Assembly: GCA_951406725.2 (NCBI GenBank)
Contig: OX597814.1
Span: forward strand, 169,156,001-169,404,000
Reading direction: 5' to 3'
Origin: Octopus vulgaris
Taxonomy: Eukaryota
DNA: 248,000 nucleotides
The notes beneath the pieces were generated by a model. That model did not search any database and was not told the DNA's origin. It saw only the letters and a list, made by a program, of their open reading frames with translations. Position 1 is the stretch's first letter. Every line of letters begins with the position of its first letter. Positions 27,539-42,999 of the stretch are shown piece by piece. Made by a program: the position numbers and the translations under genes.

Positions 27539-29384
27539 TAGTTTTATTTTTATAGCGTGTTTCACTTCACTACTGAGCCCAGCTCTGTGTGCCTTGGGTA
27601 TGTGCTGTGATTTGTTGTGATGCTCTGATGATTACTGTATTGAAAGTGTTCTGCGTAGGATGTGTGCAGTGCCTAGTAGTGCAATTTTCTGTATGTTATA
27701 CGTGTTTGTAAGTTCTGGTGTTTTTGTTATGTATTTGTCTGAATATTTTTTTTATCATACCTAATGCACCTACTATGATAGGAATTGTTTCTGTTTTTAC
27801 TTTCCACATTCTAGTTACCTCTATTTCCAGGTCTTTGTATTTTGAAAGTTTCTCCATTTCTTTTAGAGACACATTGTTGTTGTTGTTGTTTTTGTTTGTG
27901 TTGTTGTTGTGTGTTGTTGTTGTTGTTGTTGTTGTTGCTGTAATTAAGGTGGAGAGCTGGCAGAATTGTTAGCACACTGGATGAAACACTGGATGAAATT
28001 GTATTTTGTCTGTTACTACATTCTGAGTTCAAATTCAGCCGAGGTTGACATTGCCTATCATTCTTTCAGGGTCAATAAACTAAGTATCAGTTAAGTACTG
28101 GGGTTGATGTAATCGACTAGCCCCTCCCCCAAATTTCTGGCCTTGTGCCTTTAGTAGAAAGGATTATTATTATTATTACTATTATTATTATTATTAAGGT
28201 TGCAAGCTGGCAAAATTGTAAGCACACTGGACAAAATGCTCGGCAGCATTCCATCCATCTGAGTTCAAATTCTGCAGAAGTCAACTTTGCCTTTCATCTT
28301 TTCGGGTTGATAAAATAAGTACCAGTTGAACACTGGGGTCGATGTATTTGACTCTTCTCCTCCCCCAAAATTGCTACCCTTGTGGCAAAAATTTGAAACC
28401 ATTATTATTATTAAGGTGGCAACATAACAGAATCATTAGTATGCTGGGCAAAATGCTTAGTGGCATTTTGTCCATCCTTACATTCTGAGTTCAAATTCCA
28501 CCGAGGTTGATTTGCATTTCTTTCTTTCTAGGTTGATGAAATAAGTACCAGTTACACACTAGGGTTGATATAATCAACTAGTCCCCTTCCCCAAAATTTC
28601 AAGCCTTGTGCCTATAGGTGTAGGAGTGGCTGTGTGGTAAGTAGCTTGCTTACAAACCACATGGTTCCGGGTTCAGTCCCACTGTGCAGCACCTTGGGCA
28701 AGTGTCTTCTACTATAGCCTCGGACCGACCAAAGCCTTGTGAGTGAATTTGGTAAACAGAAACTGAAAGAAGCCCATCATATATATGTATATATGTATGT
28801 GTGTGTGTGTATATGTTTGTATACCTGTGTTTGTTCCCCCAACATCGTTTGACAACCGATGGTGGTGTGTTTACGTCCCCATAACTTAGCAGTTTGGCAA
28901 AAGAGACCGATAGAATAAGTACTAGGCATACAAAAAATAAATCCCGGGGTCGATTTGCTCGACTAAAGGCAGTGCTCCAGCATGGCCACAATCAAATGGC
29001 TGAAACAAGTAAAAGAGTAAAAGAGAGAGTAAAAGAGAGTATAGTGGAAAGGATTAATAATATCATGTTTTATCATCATCATTATAATTATAGGTGCCTG
29101 TTGTTGTTTATTATTATCATTATTATTATTATTATGTTATTATTACGTACCATTAAGGCAGTGAACTGACTGAATCATTAGCACAGCAGGCAATAATGTT
29201 TAGCAGTATTTCGTCTGTCTTCAAGAACAAATTATGTCGAGGTCAAGTTTGCCTATCATCCTTTCGGTATCGATGAAAGAAGGGACAGTTGAACACTGGG
29301 ATCAATTTAATTGACTAAACCCCACCACCATGAATTTGCTGGCCTTGTACCAAAATTTGAAACCGCTATTGTTATTATTGTTGT

Positions 29385-30260
29385 TGAGTGAGAGAGCAGC
29401 ACACATTCTCAAAAGATGCTGGATTACAAATATACAAAGCCCAATAAACCCATCATGACTACCTATGTGATAAGGGTACACCAGATACATGCATCACAAC
29501 CATATTGTATGCAACATAGTGATCTCATACCAAGAAAACCAGCACGTGACTTTACTGGTGGGGCCCAGTTAGAATTTTCTTCAGGCCATGTATCCCACCC
29601 TACTGAAAAGGTCCCTGAACAAGGGTTGCTTAAGGTTGTTGAACATTTAATCTGTTTCCAGAGGTGAATTATTCAAGCTACAAACAATTCCTCAACACAT
29701 GATTATGATCCTCCCCCACTATTCATGCTCATGATCAGAGATGCACATAGTGTCAACCACTGAGGGACATTCTCAACAATAAACCCATCATGACTACCTA
29801 TGTGATAAGGGTACACCAGGTACATGCATCACAACCATATTGTATGCAACATAGTGATCTCACACCAAGATAAACAGCACATGACTTTATTGGTGGGGCC
29901 CAGTTAGAATTTTCTTCAGGTCGTGTATCCCACCCTACTGAAAAGGTCCCTGAACAAGGGTTGCTTAAGGTTGATGAACATTTAATCTATGTTTCCAGAG
30001 GTGAATTATTCAAGCTACAAAGAATTCCTCAACACATGATTAATATCCTCCCCCACTATTCATGCTCATGATCAGAGATGCACATAGTGTCAACCACTAA
30101 GGGTCATTCTTAACTGGTTAAGGTCAAGCAACTGATAAGCAAATCTGCAGAATATTTGCCATAACCCATCTTTTACACCAAAACAAAACATGTACATGTT
30201 ATCACTCCCAATCAGTTAAGATCAGAAGCCACGAGAGCCACTGCCTGGTCCTGCATCAGC
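29385..30260 (+). mobile_element. Dispersed repeat with internal 333-bp tandem duplication
   Basis: aataaacccatcatgactacc recurs at 29445 and 29778; family also at 18960-19420, 4920-5080 and 238590-238810. Confidence 0.7.
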
Positions 30261-33200
30261 TCATTCCATCATGTGGTGTCCATTTTCATTGATGCATTTT
30301 TGAAGGTGATCTTCGAAGTTAACCTCTTGGAAGTTAACCTTGAAAAGAAAAAAATACTAAGACACCGTGGACCAAATGGTACCTGCCAGACATATGTCCC
30401 TCTCCCTGGGGTTGAGTAATAGCCATTTCAAAAACCGTCCACCTCTCTGCCCCACCTTGTAATATCGGGTGGATATGAAGAGTTTGTGCTACATGGATTT
30501 GACTTAGATTTGTTGGGCTCAGGGTGATTCCGTAAAGTATGTTAATTTTAATCATCTTATTGCCTTGTAGTAATATGGTTCATTTGATATAGCATGATGT
30601 AAAGGCGTATGGCTTAGTGGTTAGGGTATTTGGCTTACAATCACAAGGTTGAGAGTTCAGTTCCTGGTGATGCGTTGTGTCCTTGAGCAAGAAACTTTAT
30701 TTCACATTGCTCCAGTCCACTTAGCCAGCAAAAATGAGTAGTATGTGTATTTCAAAGGGCCAGCCTTGTCACATTCTGTGTTACATTGAATCTCCCTGAG
30801 AACTATGTTAAGGGTGCATGTGTCTGTGGAGTGCTCAGCTGAATGCACATTAATTTCATGAACCAGCTGTTTTATTGTAAGCGATGGAGTGCTAGATATG
30901 GCATGGCTGGTGAACTTTATTAGTATTGGAGCTGTTATATTTATGTGGGAAATTTGACTGGCAACTATTGGTGCCACCAGCTAGTTGCTTTTGAAGTAAA
31001 AGTGGAAGAGAAAGAGAGTTTATTGAGAAATAAGAGGGAGGGTCATCATCATCGTTTAACGTCCGTTCTCCATGCTAGCATGGGTTGGACGGTTCGACTG
31101 GGGATCTGGGAAGCCAGAAGGCTGCACCAGGCTCCAGTCTTATCTGGCAATGTTTCTACAGCTGGATGCCCTTCCTAACGCCAACCACTCCGTGAGTGTA
31201 GTGGGTGCTTTTTACGTGCCACCTGCACAGGTGCCAGGCGAGGCTGGCAACGGCCACAGTCGGACTGGTATATTTTACGTGCCACCGGCACGGAAGCCAG
31301 TCGAGGCGGCGCTGGCATCGGCCATGAGTCGGATAGTGCTTTTTACGTACCACCAGACCAGGGATCCTGGCTGGTGTTATATTTATATTCAGTGAAAGGT
31401 GGCGAGCTGGCAGAAGCGTTAGTGCGCTGGGCGAAATGCTTAGCGGTATTTCGTCTGTCGTTACGTTCTGAGTTCAAATTCCGCCGAGGTCAACTTTGCC
31501 TTTCATCCTTTCAGGGTTGATAAATAAAGTACCAGTTTCGCACTGGGGTCAATGTAATCGACTTAATCCCTTTGTCTGGCCTTGTTTGTCCCCACTATGT
31601 TTAGCTCCTTGTGGGTAGTAAAGAAATATATATTCAGTTTCTACCATCTGAAAATGTGGTACCCTGTCAAATGCTTTTCAGTAATCAATCCAGAACATAC
31701 TAAAGCCTTTTTTTTTTTGTTCTATGCTTCCATAGCCCTGTTAACTTATAACTGTCTCTACACTACAACAATACATCTTTTTTCTGGTACGTTTTCTGTT
31801 CATCTGCTCTGTAAATAACCAAGTCAACCAGCTGTAGCATATGAATGTAAGTGCTTTGTATGTTGTTGAAAATCAAATTATAAGGTTTGTAGTTTTGTGG
31901 GTGTCTTGTGCTTTTGATTTGGAGGATTAACGTTGTTCTCCCCTCCATCATCCATTTGGATGTTAATTCTTGTCTACTTTATCAATTTATTAGATTCTGT
32001 TGCTATAGAATCATGAATTTTGGAGGAGAGGTACTTCAGTCAGAAATTGGCAACTTTTTTCAATTGTTGGAGCTTTCCTATTACTTAAAAAATTTTAATG
32101 TTGATAAATTCTTTGCTGGCTGCATAGGAAGTCATTTTTGCAGAGTTGTTTAGGTTTTAGCCTTTCTTTTCCATCTAACCTACTGTATATTTTTTTTATT
32201 GAACTGAATATTTCTGTTGCATTCTTCTATCTCAGTGTTCTTTATCCTCTGGCGTTGTTTTGTAAGTATCTCCATAAAATCTTTTGGTACTTGATTCAAA
32301 GCATTCATCATATCATCATCATCATCGTTTAACGTCCGCTTTCCATGCTAGCATGGGTTGGACGATTTTTGACTGAGGGCTGGCGAACCAGATGGCTGCA
32401 CCAGGCTCCAATCTTGATTTGGCAGAGTTTCTACAGCTGGATGCCCTTCCTAATGCCAACCACTCCGAGAGTGTAGTGGGTGCTTTTTGTGTGCCACCAG
32501 CACGGGGGCCAGTCAGGCAGCACTGGCAACGACCTCGCTCGAATCTTTTTACACATAGCATTATTCTAGAAAAAGCTTGCTTTTAGTTATGATTTGCCCA
32601 AGCTTTTCTTTTGCTTTCTGGGTACCTTTTTGGTTAATGCTATAATATCTTTTAGATATTTGGGTTTTTTTTCATGTTGGACATATTTTTCTTCATTTCA
32701 TTTGGTAAAAATACATTTTTCTCTTTAAATCTTTCCCAAATTTAATGAAAGTTATTCATCATCATCATCATCATCATTGTTGTCATTTTAACCTCCCACT
32801 TTTCCATGCTTGTATTGGTTGGAAGAAGTTTATTGAAGCACATATTTTATGGCTGGATGCCTTTCCTGTTGCTAACCCTCACCTATCTCCGAGTAAGGTA
32901 ATATTTCTCTCTGAGCAGACAAGCCTTTGAAGAATAATGAATATGAATGATACTGATTTTATGGTAGTGATTCTCATTTGCAACTATCATGTGATGTCAT
33001 GTCAAGGATCCCCCCCACACACACACACACAAAACAGGATTCTTTCAGTTTCATTTTACTAAATTCAACGACAAGTTTTGAATCAGCCTGGTATTCTACA
33101 GAACCCATGACTAAGTTGCCATGCAGTAGAAATGAACCTGAAACTATGTGGGTGGAAAGAAACTACTTAAACACACAGCCATACTTACACCGAACTGTGC

Positions 33201-34771
33201 CTGCACAACTAGAGATAAGTTTGACTGAGAAGTGTCTGATTGTATATGAATCAAATTTAGCTTCTGTTAATACTTTATTGAATAGACTAGATAATTTAAT
33301 CAGTTGATATTTGAATAATTGGTTCGGACAGAATTTCTTGGAGGACCTTATTGCATTTATATATACTAATTACCCGTAGGGAAACCATATTTTGTCATGC
33401 AACCATAATATACTAACTACAAAGTATAGTAAAAGCTTTATAAGTCAATGCTGTGTCCTACTGTGTTAGCAGTGATATTAATTCATTTGTTAAGGTTCTT
33501 TCTACAGATTTTCTATAGGAATTAGAGCCAGCACAGATTTGTTATGACATTTTGTATACAAAAAAATATGCTTATGTGAACAATATGATTGAAGATGGAA
33601 AAATGGGTAATGGGTGTATATGCATGTTTCGAGAGTTCTTGCTCCTTCATCAGTAACCACATCCAACCCATTAAACATCCACAAACTCATTGCTTAAATA
33701 TCTACTAGATATAGCGATGTAACACACACTACTGGATATACCAATTTTATTCATTAAACACATTCCTGACAACAGGTACATCATTATTATCATCATCATC
33801 ATCATAATCATCATGATCATCATTTAATGTCTGCTTTCCATACTGTCATGGGTTGGACAGATTGACTGAAAACTAGTAAGCTGGGGAGCTACACTAGTTT
33901 CCAGTCTGATTTGGCATGGTTTCTACAGCTGGATGTCCTTCCTAAAGCCAACCACTCCAAGAGTGTAGTGGGTGCTTTTTCATGTGCCACCGTGCTAGTT
34001 ACAAAACACCAGCATTAGCCATGACTATGATCTTACTTGGTTTGGTAGGTCTTCTCAAGAAGCATGGTGCATTGCCAAAGGTCTCAGCCATATGTCGCTG
34101 CCTCTGTGAGACCCAAGTTTGAACGGTGCTTTTTATGCACCATCGGCACAGGTGCCAGATATGCGACACTGTAATTAATATGTACATACATATTAATTAC
34201 TTGTAGGGACTCCGTATTTCGTTATGTGACCATAAGATACTATAAAGCACATTAAATGTTTTATAAGTCAATACTGTGTACTACTGTGTTAGCAGTGCTC
34301 TTACATCACTTGCTAAGGTTCCCTCTACAGACATATATACTTTATATATACTTTCATGGAGCTGCCTGGACACATGCAACTTGGACAGTTAACCATGTTA
34401 TGTCTCTTTTTCTGTGTCATTGTTTCTGTTAGGTTTTCCTCAATGTTAACTCTGGTTAATTTGCATGCTGCTGTGTGCTCTTCAGTTTGTTGTTAAGTGT
34501 GTGGCAGTTGAGGGTATATTTTTCTCACTGCTGTGTATTGGTTGAAGGTTATATAGGAACTTCTAAGATATTCACCATTAATTTGAATTGAAGTTCTTTT
34601 CTATTCACAACTCTTTTTTTTTATAGGTTGTTATGTCTTGTTTGATTTTTTTTTTTTATTTGCTTGGTTTGCTCAGTAGTATTTTCATTGTATTTTAAAG
34701 ATTCCTTTGTTATATGAGCAGTCGTTTTGTTACATTATTTTCTTTTACCTTTTATGAAGTTTTACATGTTT

Positions 34772-34809
<38 letters not shown>

Positions 34810-36358
34810 CGTGTGATGAGATTTGTTGTGATGCTGTCATTAGTTTATAGTAGGTGTTCTTTTTGTATATAGTTGGTTGTTTTGTTTTCAGTGTGTATTT
34901 GTTACATGAGTTCTATTCCAATTTTTGGAATCTCGGTTTTGTTTTATTATAAATCTTTATACATTCTCAAGTGTATTACATTCAAATTTTTCTCATTTCT
35001 TCCTTTTCTCCTCGATAATGCATATGCCTCTTTTATAGTGCTCATGTGTATTATATGCGTAATAGGAATTAAACACTTCATTGTATTGTAAATTGTTCCA
35101 ATGTTTTCTTTCGATTTTGTCATTATTTTGGATCCTAGCAGTAAGAGATAAGATTTTTTGTTTGATGTTGTCCTTTTGGTAAAATGGTGCTTCTCAAAAA
35201 ATACGTTACATTATCTTCGTTTCAACCTCACATTAAACTCACACTGGGAAATCCTTTATACATTCTAACTTGCAGGTTGTGTTTTTGTTGCTGCTTGAAT
35301 TTTTTTTTTAATGGACATAATTGATGTTTTTAAATAGCATAACGGTTGTACTTACAAGAACTCTTATAGAATCTTTTACTATATTATTTTTTTTTGTGGT
35401 TAATTTTGGTTTTGAACTGGTTGTATTATTGGATTTATATCAGTATTTATGAAGAGCTATGTTTTCACAGTTATGCTGTTATTCAGTTTGGTCCAGTTCT
35501 AGGGTAGAAAATTGGGAAATTTGTGTGGTGGCAGATGAAATATCTTCCAGTTACTAAGTCATCTCTCCTTACATTCTATTGTCATATCTGATGGGGTCAA
35601 AATAAATATCAGTCCACTAGTTGAGTTGATTTAAGTTGACCATAGCCCACTTACAAAATGTGTGGAGTTGTTGTTCCTAAGTTAGAAATTAATAGATATT
35701 ATTGTTATTGCATTGCTTTGGTCATTCCTGCTTGAATAAACCTTATAGCACAGACGTAGCTGATCAATAAATTGGTTTGATCATACTGACCTAATGGTTA
35801 ATACTTGAAATATATTGTAGGGAACTTGTTGAAGCAGAGGGAGAGAGATTAGATGCTCCATTGAGCAGGTAAATGCTGTTGATCAGTTATGCTTGAGTAG
35901 CAGTCCTATGACACTAAGATACCAAATCAAAGAATTATTTAATCAGCATTGTAGCTGTGGTTAATTGGTTGGAACAATTGACACCTCCTACATGCACAGC
36001 TGTCTTCATAGTTTGACATTAATTTTTAAAAACAAAAACCTGTTTCAATGTTACAATGTCTAATTACAATTAAAAAAACCTGGATGTGAATAATCCAATA
36101 TTATTGCTAAGAATGTACCACAAGTTAATACAAAATCCCATTCTTTACAGACGTGATGGTGCTAGCATAATATCTAATTATGTTAGGTGTAGGAGTGGCT
36201 GTGGGGTAAGTAGCTCGCTTACTAACCACTTGGTTACAGGTTCAGTCCCACTGCGTGGCACCTTGAGCAAGTGTCTTCTACTATATCCTCGGGCCGACCA
36301 AAACCTTGTGAGTGGATTTGGTAGACGGAAACTGAAAGAAGCCCGTCATATATATGTC

Positions 36359-36419
<61 letters not shown>

Positions 36420-36693
36420 GTGTGTATATGTTTGTCCTCCCAACATCGCTTGTCAACCGATGCTGGTGTGTTTACGTCCCTGTAACTTAGCGGTTCAGCA
36501 AAAGAGACCGATAGAATATGTACTAGGCTTACAAAGAATAAGTCCTGGGATTGATTTGCTCGACTAAAGGCAGTGCTCCAGCATGGCCACAGTCAAATAA
36601 CTGAGACAAGTAAAAGAGTAAAAGAGGTATCTAGTTGTATCCTAACTATTTGGTAAGTTGTTACAAGATTTTGGACTTTGTTGCAATCCTTAC

Positions 36694-36831
36694 TTTACAG
36701 ATAGTATTGAGTTTCTTGACGGAGTTTATTACTCTGTTTCTGCCTGTCCATGGATATGCATGAGAGAAGCTCTTATATTGGCTTATAAATATCCAAGCAA
36801 TATGATGCATGTATTTGATATTACATAATCT
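36694..36831 (-). CDS. Candidate exon (RLCNIKYMHHIAWIFISQYKSFSHAYPWTGRNRVINSVKKLNTICK)
   Basis: 138 nt open frame, gtaagg donor, moderate acceptor (ctaccag); non-repetitive DNA. Confidence 0.28.
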
Positions 36832-39800
36832 CTGGTAGCAATTAGATCAAGACTGAGAATATAATATGGATAGAAGTAAAATATGTGATTTGATAAATAT
36901 TGATTTCTCAGTTCAGTCCATGGCTGGCTAATGTTCATTCTTGGTGTTGTTGTTTAGTCATCGAACTGTCCTGATTGAGCATGCCTATGCTCAAAGATAT
37001 TTTATTGTGTGAAGTGAAATATACAGTCTTTGGAGCTACACACTTCTGCCATCAGAATACAAATAGCAGATAGTGTGTGTCACTCAACACCTTTCCCTGT
37101 TTAGATTCACTTTTCTTTTATTTGTTTCAGTCATTTGCGGCCATGCTGAAGCACTGCCTTTAATCGAGCAAATCGACCCCAGGACTTATTCTTTGTAAGC
37201 CTAGTATCAGTCTCTTTAACCAAACCAGCATCGGATGTCAAGCGATGTTTGGGGGACAAACACAGACACACAAACATATACACAGACATACATACATATA
37301 TATATACCTATATACATATGTACGACGGGCTTCTTTCAGTTTCCGTCTGCCAAATCCACTCACAAGGCTTTGGTTGGCCCGAGGCTATAGTAGAAGACAC
37401 TTGCCCAAGGTGCCACACAGTGGGACTGTACCTGGAACCATGTGGTTGGTAAGCAAGCTACTTACCCCACAGCCACTCCTGTGCCTATGTTAACATAGGG
37501 AAAATTTGATTGTAGGATCTAAACTGAAGGAATTTACTATTGGAGTAGATTTAAGTTTTAGCCCAACAGTCTTGGCTGTTTTCAACACTGGAATCCTCCT
37601 CATTGTCATCATCATTATTGTCATCATCGTCATCGTCATTGTCACCATCATCGTTATCATCATCATCTTAATCGTCATCGGCATCGCTGTCGTCATTGTC
37701 GTTATTGTTGTCAATGTCATCTTCATCATCATTATTGTCATTGTTGTCGTCATTGTCGTTGTTATCATCATCATCATCATTGTCGTTGTAGTTGTCATCA
37801 CTATCATCATTATCATCATCATCATTGTTGTTGTCATCATCGTTGTCATCATAATTGTCATCATCATCGTCGTCGTCTTCATCATTGTCGTCATTATCAT
37901 TGTATCATCAACATATATACATGTAAGTGTAGGAGTGGCTGTCTGGTAAGTAGCTTGCTTACAAACTACATGGTTCCGGGTTCAGTCCCACTGCATGGCA
38001 CCTTGGGCAAGGTGGTAAGCTGGCTGAACCGTTAGTATGCCAGACAAATTGCTTAGCCGCATTTCATCCATCTTAATGTTCTGAGCTCAAATTCTACCGA
38101 GGTCGACTTTGCCTTTCATCCTTTTAGAGTTGGTAAAATAGGTACTAGTTAATTACTCAGGTCAATCATATTGACTTTCCTCTCCTCTCAAAATCTGCTG
38201 GCTCAGTGCCAAAATTTGAAACCATTATTTAACCTCTGCAGAAATTGTTTCACTTATGGTGAATGAACCTGATGACTTCTTTGTTTCACATTTATCCATG
38301 CATTTTTATCTAGTAGAGTGAGATACATGGAATATCAGGCTGCTTTTTCTAGCAGGTTAAGTGACCGCATATAAAAGGCTCCCTTGTTGGCTTGTATCAT
38401 CATCTGTTGTTTCATCTGACACTTGATAGCAACTCTGTATTGATCTTCTACATCAGATTTCACATGAGCAAGAACTGCTTGTATGTATGTATGTGTGTGT
38501 GGATGCATCAATGTGTGTGTGTATGTGTGTGTGTGTGTGCTTTACAATCTTTCATCAGTACAGCAGCTGTCTACTGAAGCTATTAGCTGATCTATAATAG
38601 ATATTTATATCTCTCCAGTCCTCATATATACACACTCACACATACACTTTGACACACTTGAACTCTCACATATACATACACGCTCCTATACACACTTGCA
38701 CACACACATGCACTCACACTCACATATGTACTCATAATTGCACTTGTGCACTCACACTCACTCATGCACTCTATTCACACTCACATGTGCACTCATACTT
38801 GCTCTCACACATGCACTCACAATTACACTCATGCTCATAAGTACATTTGCACCAACAATTACACTTGCACTTACAGTTACACTCGCACTCACAATTACCT
38901 TCACACTCACACTTGCACTCCTAGTTACTCTTGCACTCCCAATTACAATCACCCTCCCAATTACACTTGCACTCCCAATTACACTTCCACTCGCAATTAT
39001 ACTTGCACTCACAATCACACTCACACTTGCAATTGCACTCACCCTCACACTCACACATACACTTCCTCAGTATCAACAGAAGCTGTTGCAGTATTAGAAC
39101 TGTAAGGTAAACTTATAAGTATGTGCTTTAAGTCAAAACATGTTTTTAGACTCATTTTGAAAAGTAGTGGTTAGATAAAGATGGATCTTACTAGTTTCAA
39201 GATTTATTAAAGGTTTCATCAGAGCTTGGTTGTCACTTCCTAATCACAAGCATCATAATTGGCTTAAAGTAATTCATAATATGCATAAACTTAGACAGAA
39301 GTAAATTTGTCTGACTATTTTAGCATAACAGTGCAAGTGTTGCCAATAAGAATGAATTAATGAATAGCGTAGCACTATTTTGAATTATTTAATGCAGGAC
39401 TATGAATAAAAGCAAAGACTTTGGCTCCAATAACCAAATAATTGAAGAATAAAGAAATGATTAATGAGAATGATGATCATGGTGATGGTGGTGACGATAT
39501 TAACAACAACAACAACAACAATAATGATAATAAGAATAATGATAATTGCCCTGATGCAGTTGTTTTTATTTGTTCCTTCTCGTGCCATGCCTGGCTCATA
39601 GGGTCGGTTTCCCAGTTTCCTTAGCGTATAGGTTCTCCACCTGGATGGGACGCTGGTCCATCACAGGTAAGCTGCAAGATGCAAGAGGAAAGAGTAAGAG
39701 AAAGTTGTGGCAAAAGAGTCAGCAGAAGTTCACCTTTACTTTCTGCCAGAGCCGCGTGGAGCTTAGGTGTTTCGCTCATAAACACACACATCGCCCAGTC

Positions 39801-40290
39801 TGAGATTCGAACCTGCAATCCCTCGACCATGAGTCCGCTGCTCTAACCACTAGGCCATGTGCCTTCACCCTGATGCAGTACCAGGCACTGGCTCCTATGG
39901 CTTCGGATCTTAAACTGAATGAAAGTGCTATCATGTACATGTTTTGTCTTGGTATAAAAGACGGGCTACCACAAATATTCTTTGGTCAGCCTGAGGCTAT
40001 AGCAGAAGGCATTCGCGCAAGGTGCCACACAGTGGGACTGAACCCAGCACCATGTGGTTGGGAAGCAAACCTCTTACCACACAGCCATTCCTGGATTTTG
40101 TTTATTTGCTGCTAGTTTGATCTTCAAAGGTTGGTGAATCTCAGGCCATCATCCTCCTTTGCATTCTCCTTATCAGTACTTTCAGGAGAGATCTCATTTT
40201 TGCTTTGAAGAGGTTGCTCTTTCTTGCTCAATTTTGTTGTTTTCTGTTGCTGGTTACTATTCTTTTTATTTAATGACTTTTATTTTTCTC

Positions 40291-40349
<59 letters not shown>

Positions 40350-40355
<6 letters not shown>

Positions 40356-40571
40356 TATGTTTGACTTTTGCTTTACATTATTTGCACAAGCTGGCTCCAA
40401 GTCTCACCCAGAGACCTCAAGAGACAACAAGTTGGAAGTTCATGTTGGTGTTATGCCTAGGGTGCCATATATTTGGTTTTGTACTTAGTGTTGTACTAGT
40501 GAATGCCTAAAAAAGACCATACGAAAATTATGTTTGTTTTAAAACTTGAGATTACATAGAAAGTATTTTGC

Positions 40572-40635
<64 letters not shown>

Positions 40636-40677
40636 TATTATTATTATTATTATTATTACTATTATTATTATTATTAC

Positions 40678-40718
<41 letters not shown>

Positions 40719-42870
40719 TATGTTTGACTTTTGCTTTATATTTGTACAAGTTGGCTCCAAGTCTCACCCAGAGACCTCAAGAGACAACAGGTTGGAAGTT
40801 CATGTTGTTGTTATGCCTAGTGTGCCATATATTTGGGGGGCAGTTTTTGGTGTTGTACTAATGAATGTCTAAAAAAATAAATAAATAAATAAATAAATAA
40901 AAATAAAAATTTTTTTTTTTTCCTTTCTCTTAAAAACCGAAAATTATGTTTGTTTTAAACCTTGAGATTACATAGAAAGTATTTTGCGTAGGATATGAGC
41001 AGTTCCCATGAGCACTATCTTTTGAATTTCTGCCATTTTTGGGTTTCCTGGTATCTGAGTTAGGTAGCTATCAGCCCCTTTTGCTATCATTCCCAGGGCA
41101 CCTATGACAACAGGTAATGTTTTAGTCTTCAGGTTCCACATTTTGCTGATTTCTATTTCAAGATCTTTATACTTGCTCAGTTTTTGGTAGGTCTTGACAC
41201 ATACGTTTATATCGATTGGGACAGTCATATCAATGAGGAGGCATGTTCTTTGTTTGAAGTCTTTCAATATGATATCTGGCCTATTTGCATCTATCTTTCT
41301 GTCAGTTTGAATGGTGAAGTTCCAGAGGAGTGAGATGTGGTCATTTTCAAGCACTGGGGGTGGTTTGTGTTCCCACCAGTTTTTTTCATGGGGCAAATCC
41401 AAGTTTTTGCAGATTACCCAGTGAATATATTGTGCAGCTCTATCGTGTCTGTTGAGATACTCTGTAGGCGCTAGAAGACTGCACTTGGAGACCACATGGT
41501 CAATGGCTTCATTTTGTTGCTGGCATACACGACACGTTGGACTACTTCTGATCTTTAATATGTTGGCCAGGTAGTTTCTTGTTGGTAGGCTTGAGCTGCT
41601 ATGATAAACCCCTCTGTTTCAGATTTTAAGCCAGAGGCCTTTAGCCATTGATGGGTCAGGGCTTTGTCAACATCTGCATTATTTGGGTATTTGCCATAGA
41701 GAGGTTTTTCTTGCCATTTATCATTCAGAATATCTAAGGCCGCAGATTTAGCACGGGTTTTCATGCGCTTAGCTTTTTCTGTGCCTGTTTCTTGTATGTC
41801 TATCTCTAATTCCGAAATTTGTTGTATTCGGAATTCACTTAGATATTCCATTGCCTATTTTGTTACTGAGTATGATGCTTTCTTGTTTTCATGTTTTGAG
41901 ACAAGTTTTAACATCCAGTCCTCAGAGTTTTTCAGGTAGGTGTCTAGGCCAATTGTAGCAATCTTCATTGTTACTGCCAGTTGAAAAGTCCACGGCCTCC
42001 CTCTTTTCTTGGCAGATAAAGTCGTTCTGTATCTGCCTTAGGGTGGTGCATTCTATGCATTGTCAACAGTTTTCGTATATTCCTGTCAAGATTACATATT
42101 TCAGTAATTGACCAGTTAACGATATTGAAACTGTAAGTCACAACTGGTATGGCCAATGCATTGATCGCTTCGATCCTGTTTCTCGCATTCAGCTCTGTCT
42201 TGAGTATTGCTCTTACTCTGCGATAACATTCTCTCCTGATCCTTTCCTTCATCTCTGAATGCCTTATTCCTTCTCCTTCAATTACCCCTAGATACTTGTA
42301 GTTCTCTGCTGGGTCTAATTCTTTTATGACATTCTGCTGGTCAAGGTTAACATTAGATGTTTCTGTAATTTTTCCTTTGATAAAGGTAGCTTTTGCACAC
42401 TTATCGAGGCCAAATTGCATTCTGATGTCATCACTGAATTGTTTGACAATCGCTAGTAAGGCCTTGAGTTGTTGGTCATTTTTTGCAAAGAGCTTTAAAT
42501 CATCCATGGAAATGAGATGATTTATATTTTTATCAAACATTTTATACCCGTACTGCGCATCATTGAGCAGTTTTGAGAGAGGTATTAAGGCTAAACAGAA
42601 GAGGAGTGGTGATAGTGAGTCACCCTGGAAAATGCCACATGAAATTTTTACATCACTAGCATTTAGAGATTCATTGTCACTGTTCAAAGTTAGTGTGGTT
42701 CTCCATGATCTCATACTTACAGACAAAAAGTTTCGCAGAGCAGGTGCTATCTTATACATTTCTAGGCATTTCTTAATCCAGCTATGTGGTAGGCTATCAA
42801 AAGCCTTTTTATAGTCTATCCAGGCTATCGATAAGTTTTTGTGTCGTTTGTAACAATCTTCTAAGATCAT
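40350..42870 (-). mobile_element. R4/Dong-type LINE (RT plus restriction-like endonuclease), 5'-truncated and disrupted, with extra stacked 3' ends
   Basis: RT IAWIDYKKAFDSLPHSWI...GIFQGDSLSPLLF; RLE HDRAAQYIHW...RPDIILKD...LLIDMTVP...KYKDL...VVIGALG; all ends abut (TAA)n. Confidence 0.88.
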
Positions 42871-42945
42871 CTTATTGATGAGTATTATTATTATTATTAC
42901 TATTATTATTACTATTATTATTATTACTATTATTATTATTATTAC

Positions 42946-42999
<54 letters not shown>

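Noticed and set aside
37490-39105. Long ORFs of M/T/I or TLALTI repeats
   Set aside because: Translations of degenerate (CAT)n and (CA/CT)-rich simple repeats.
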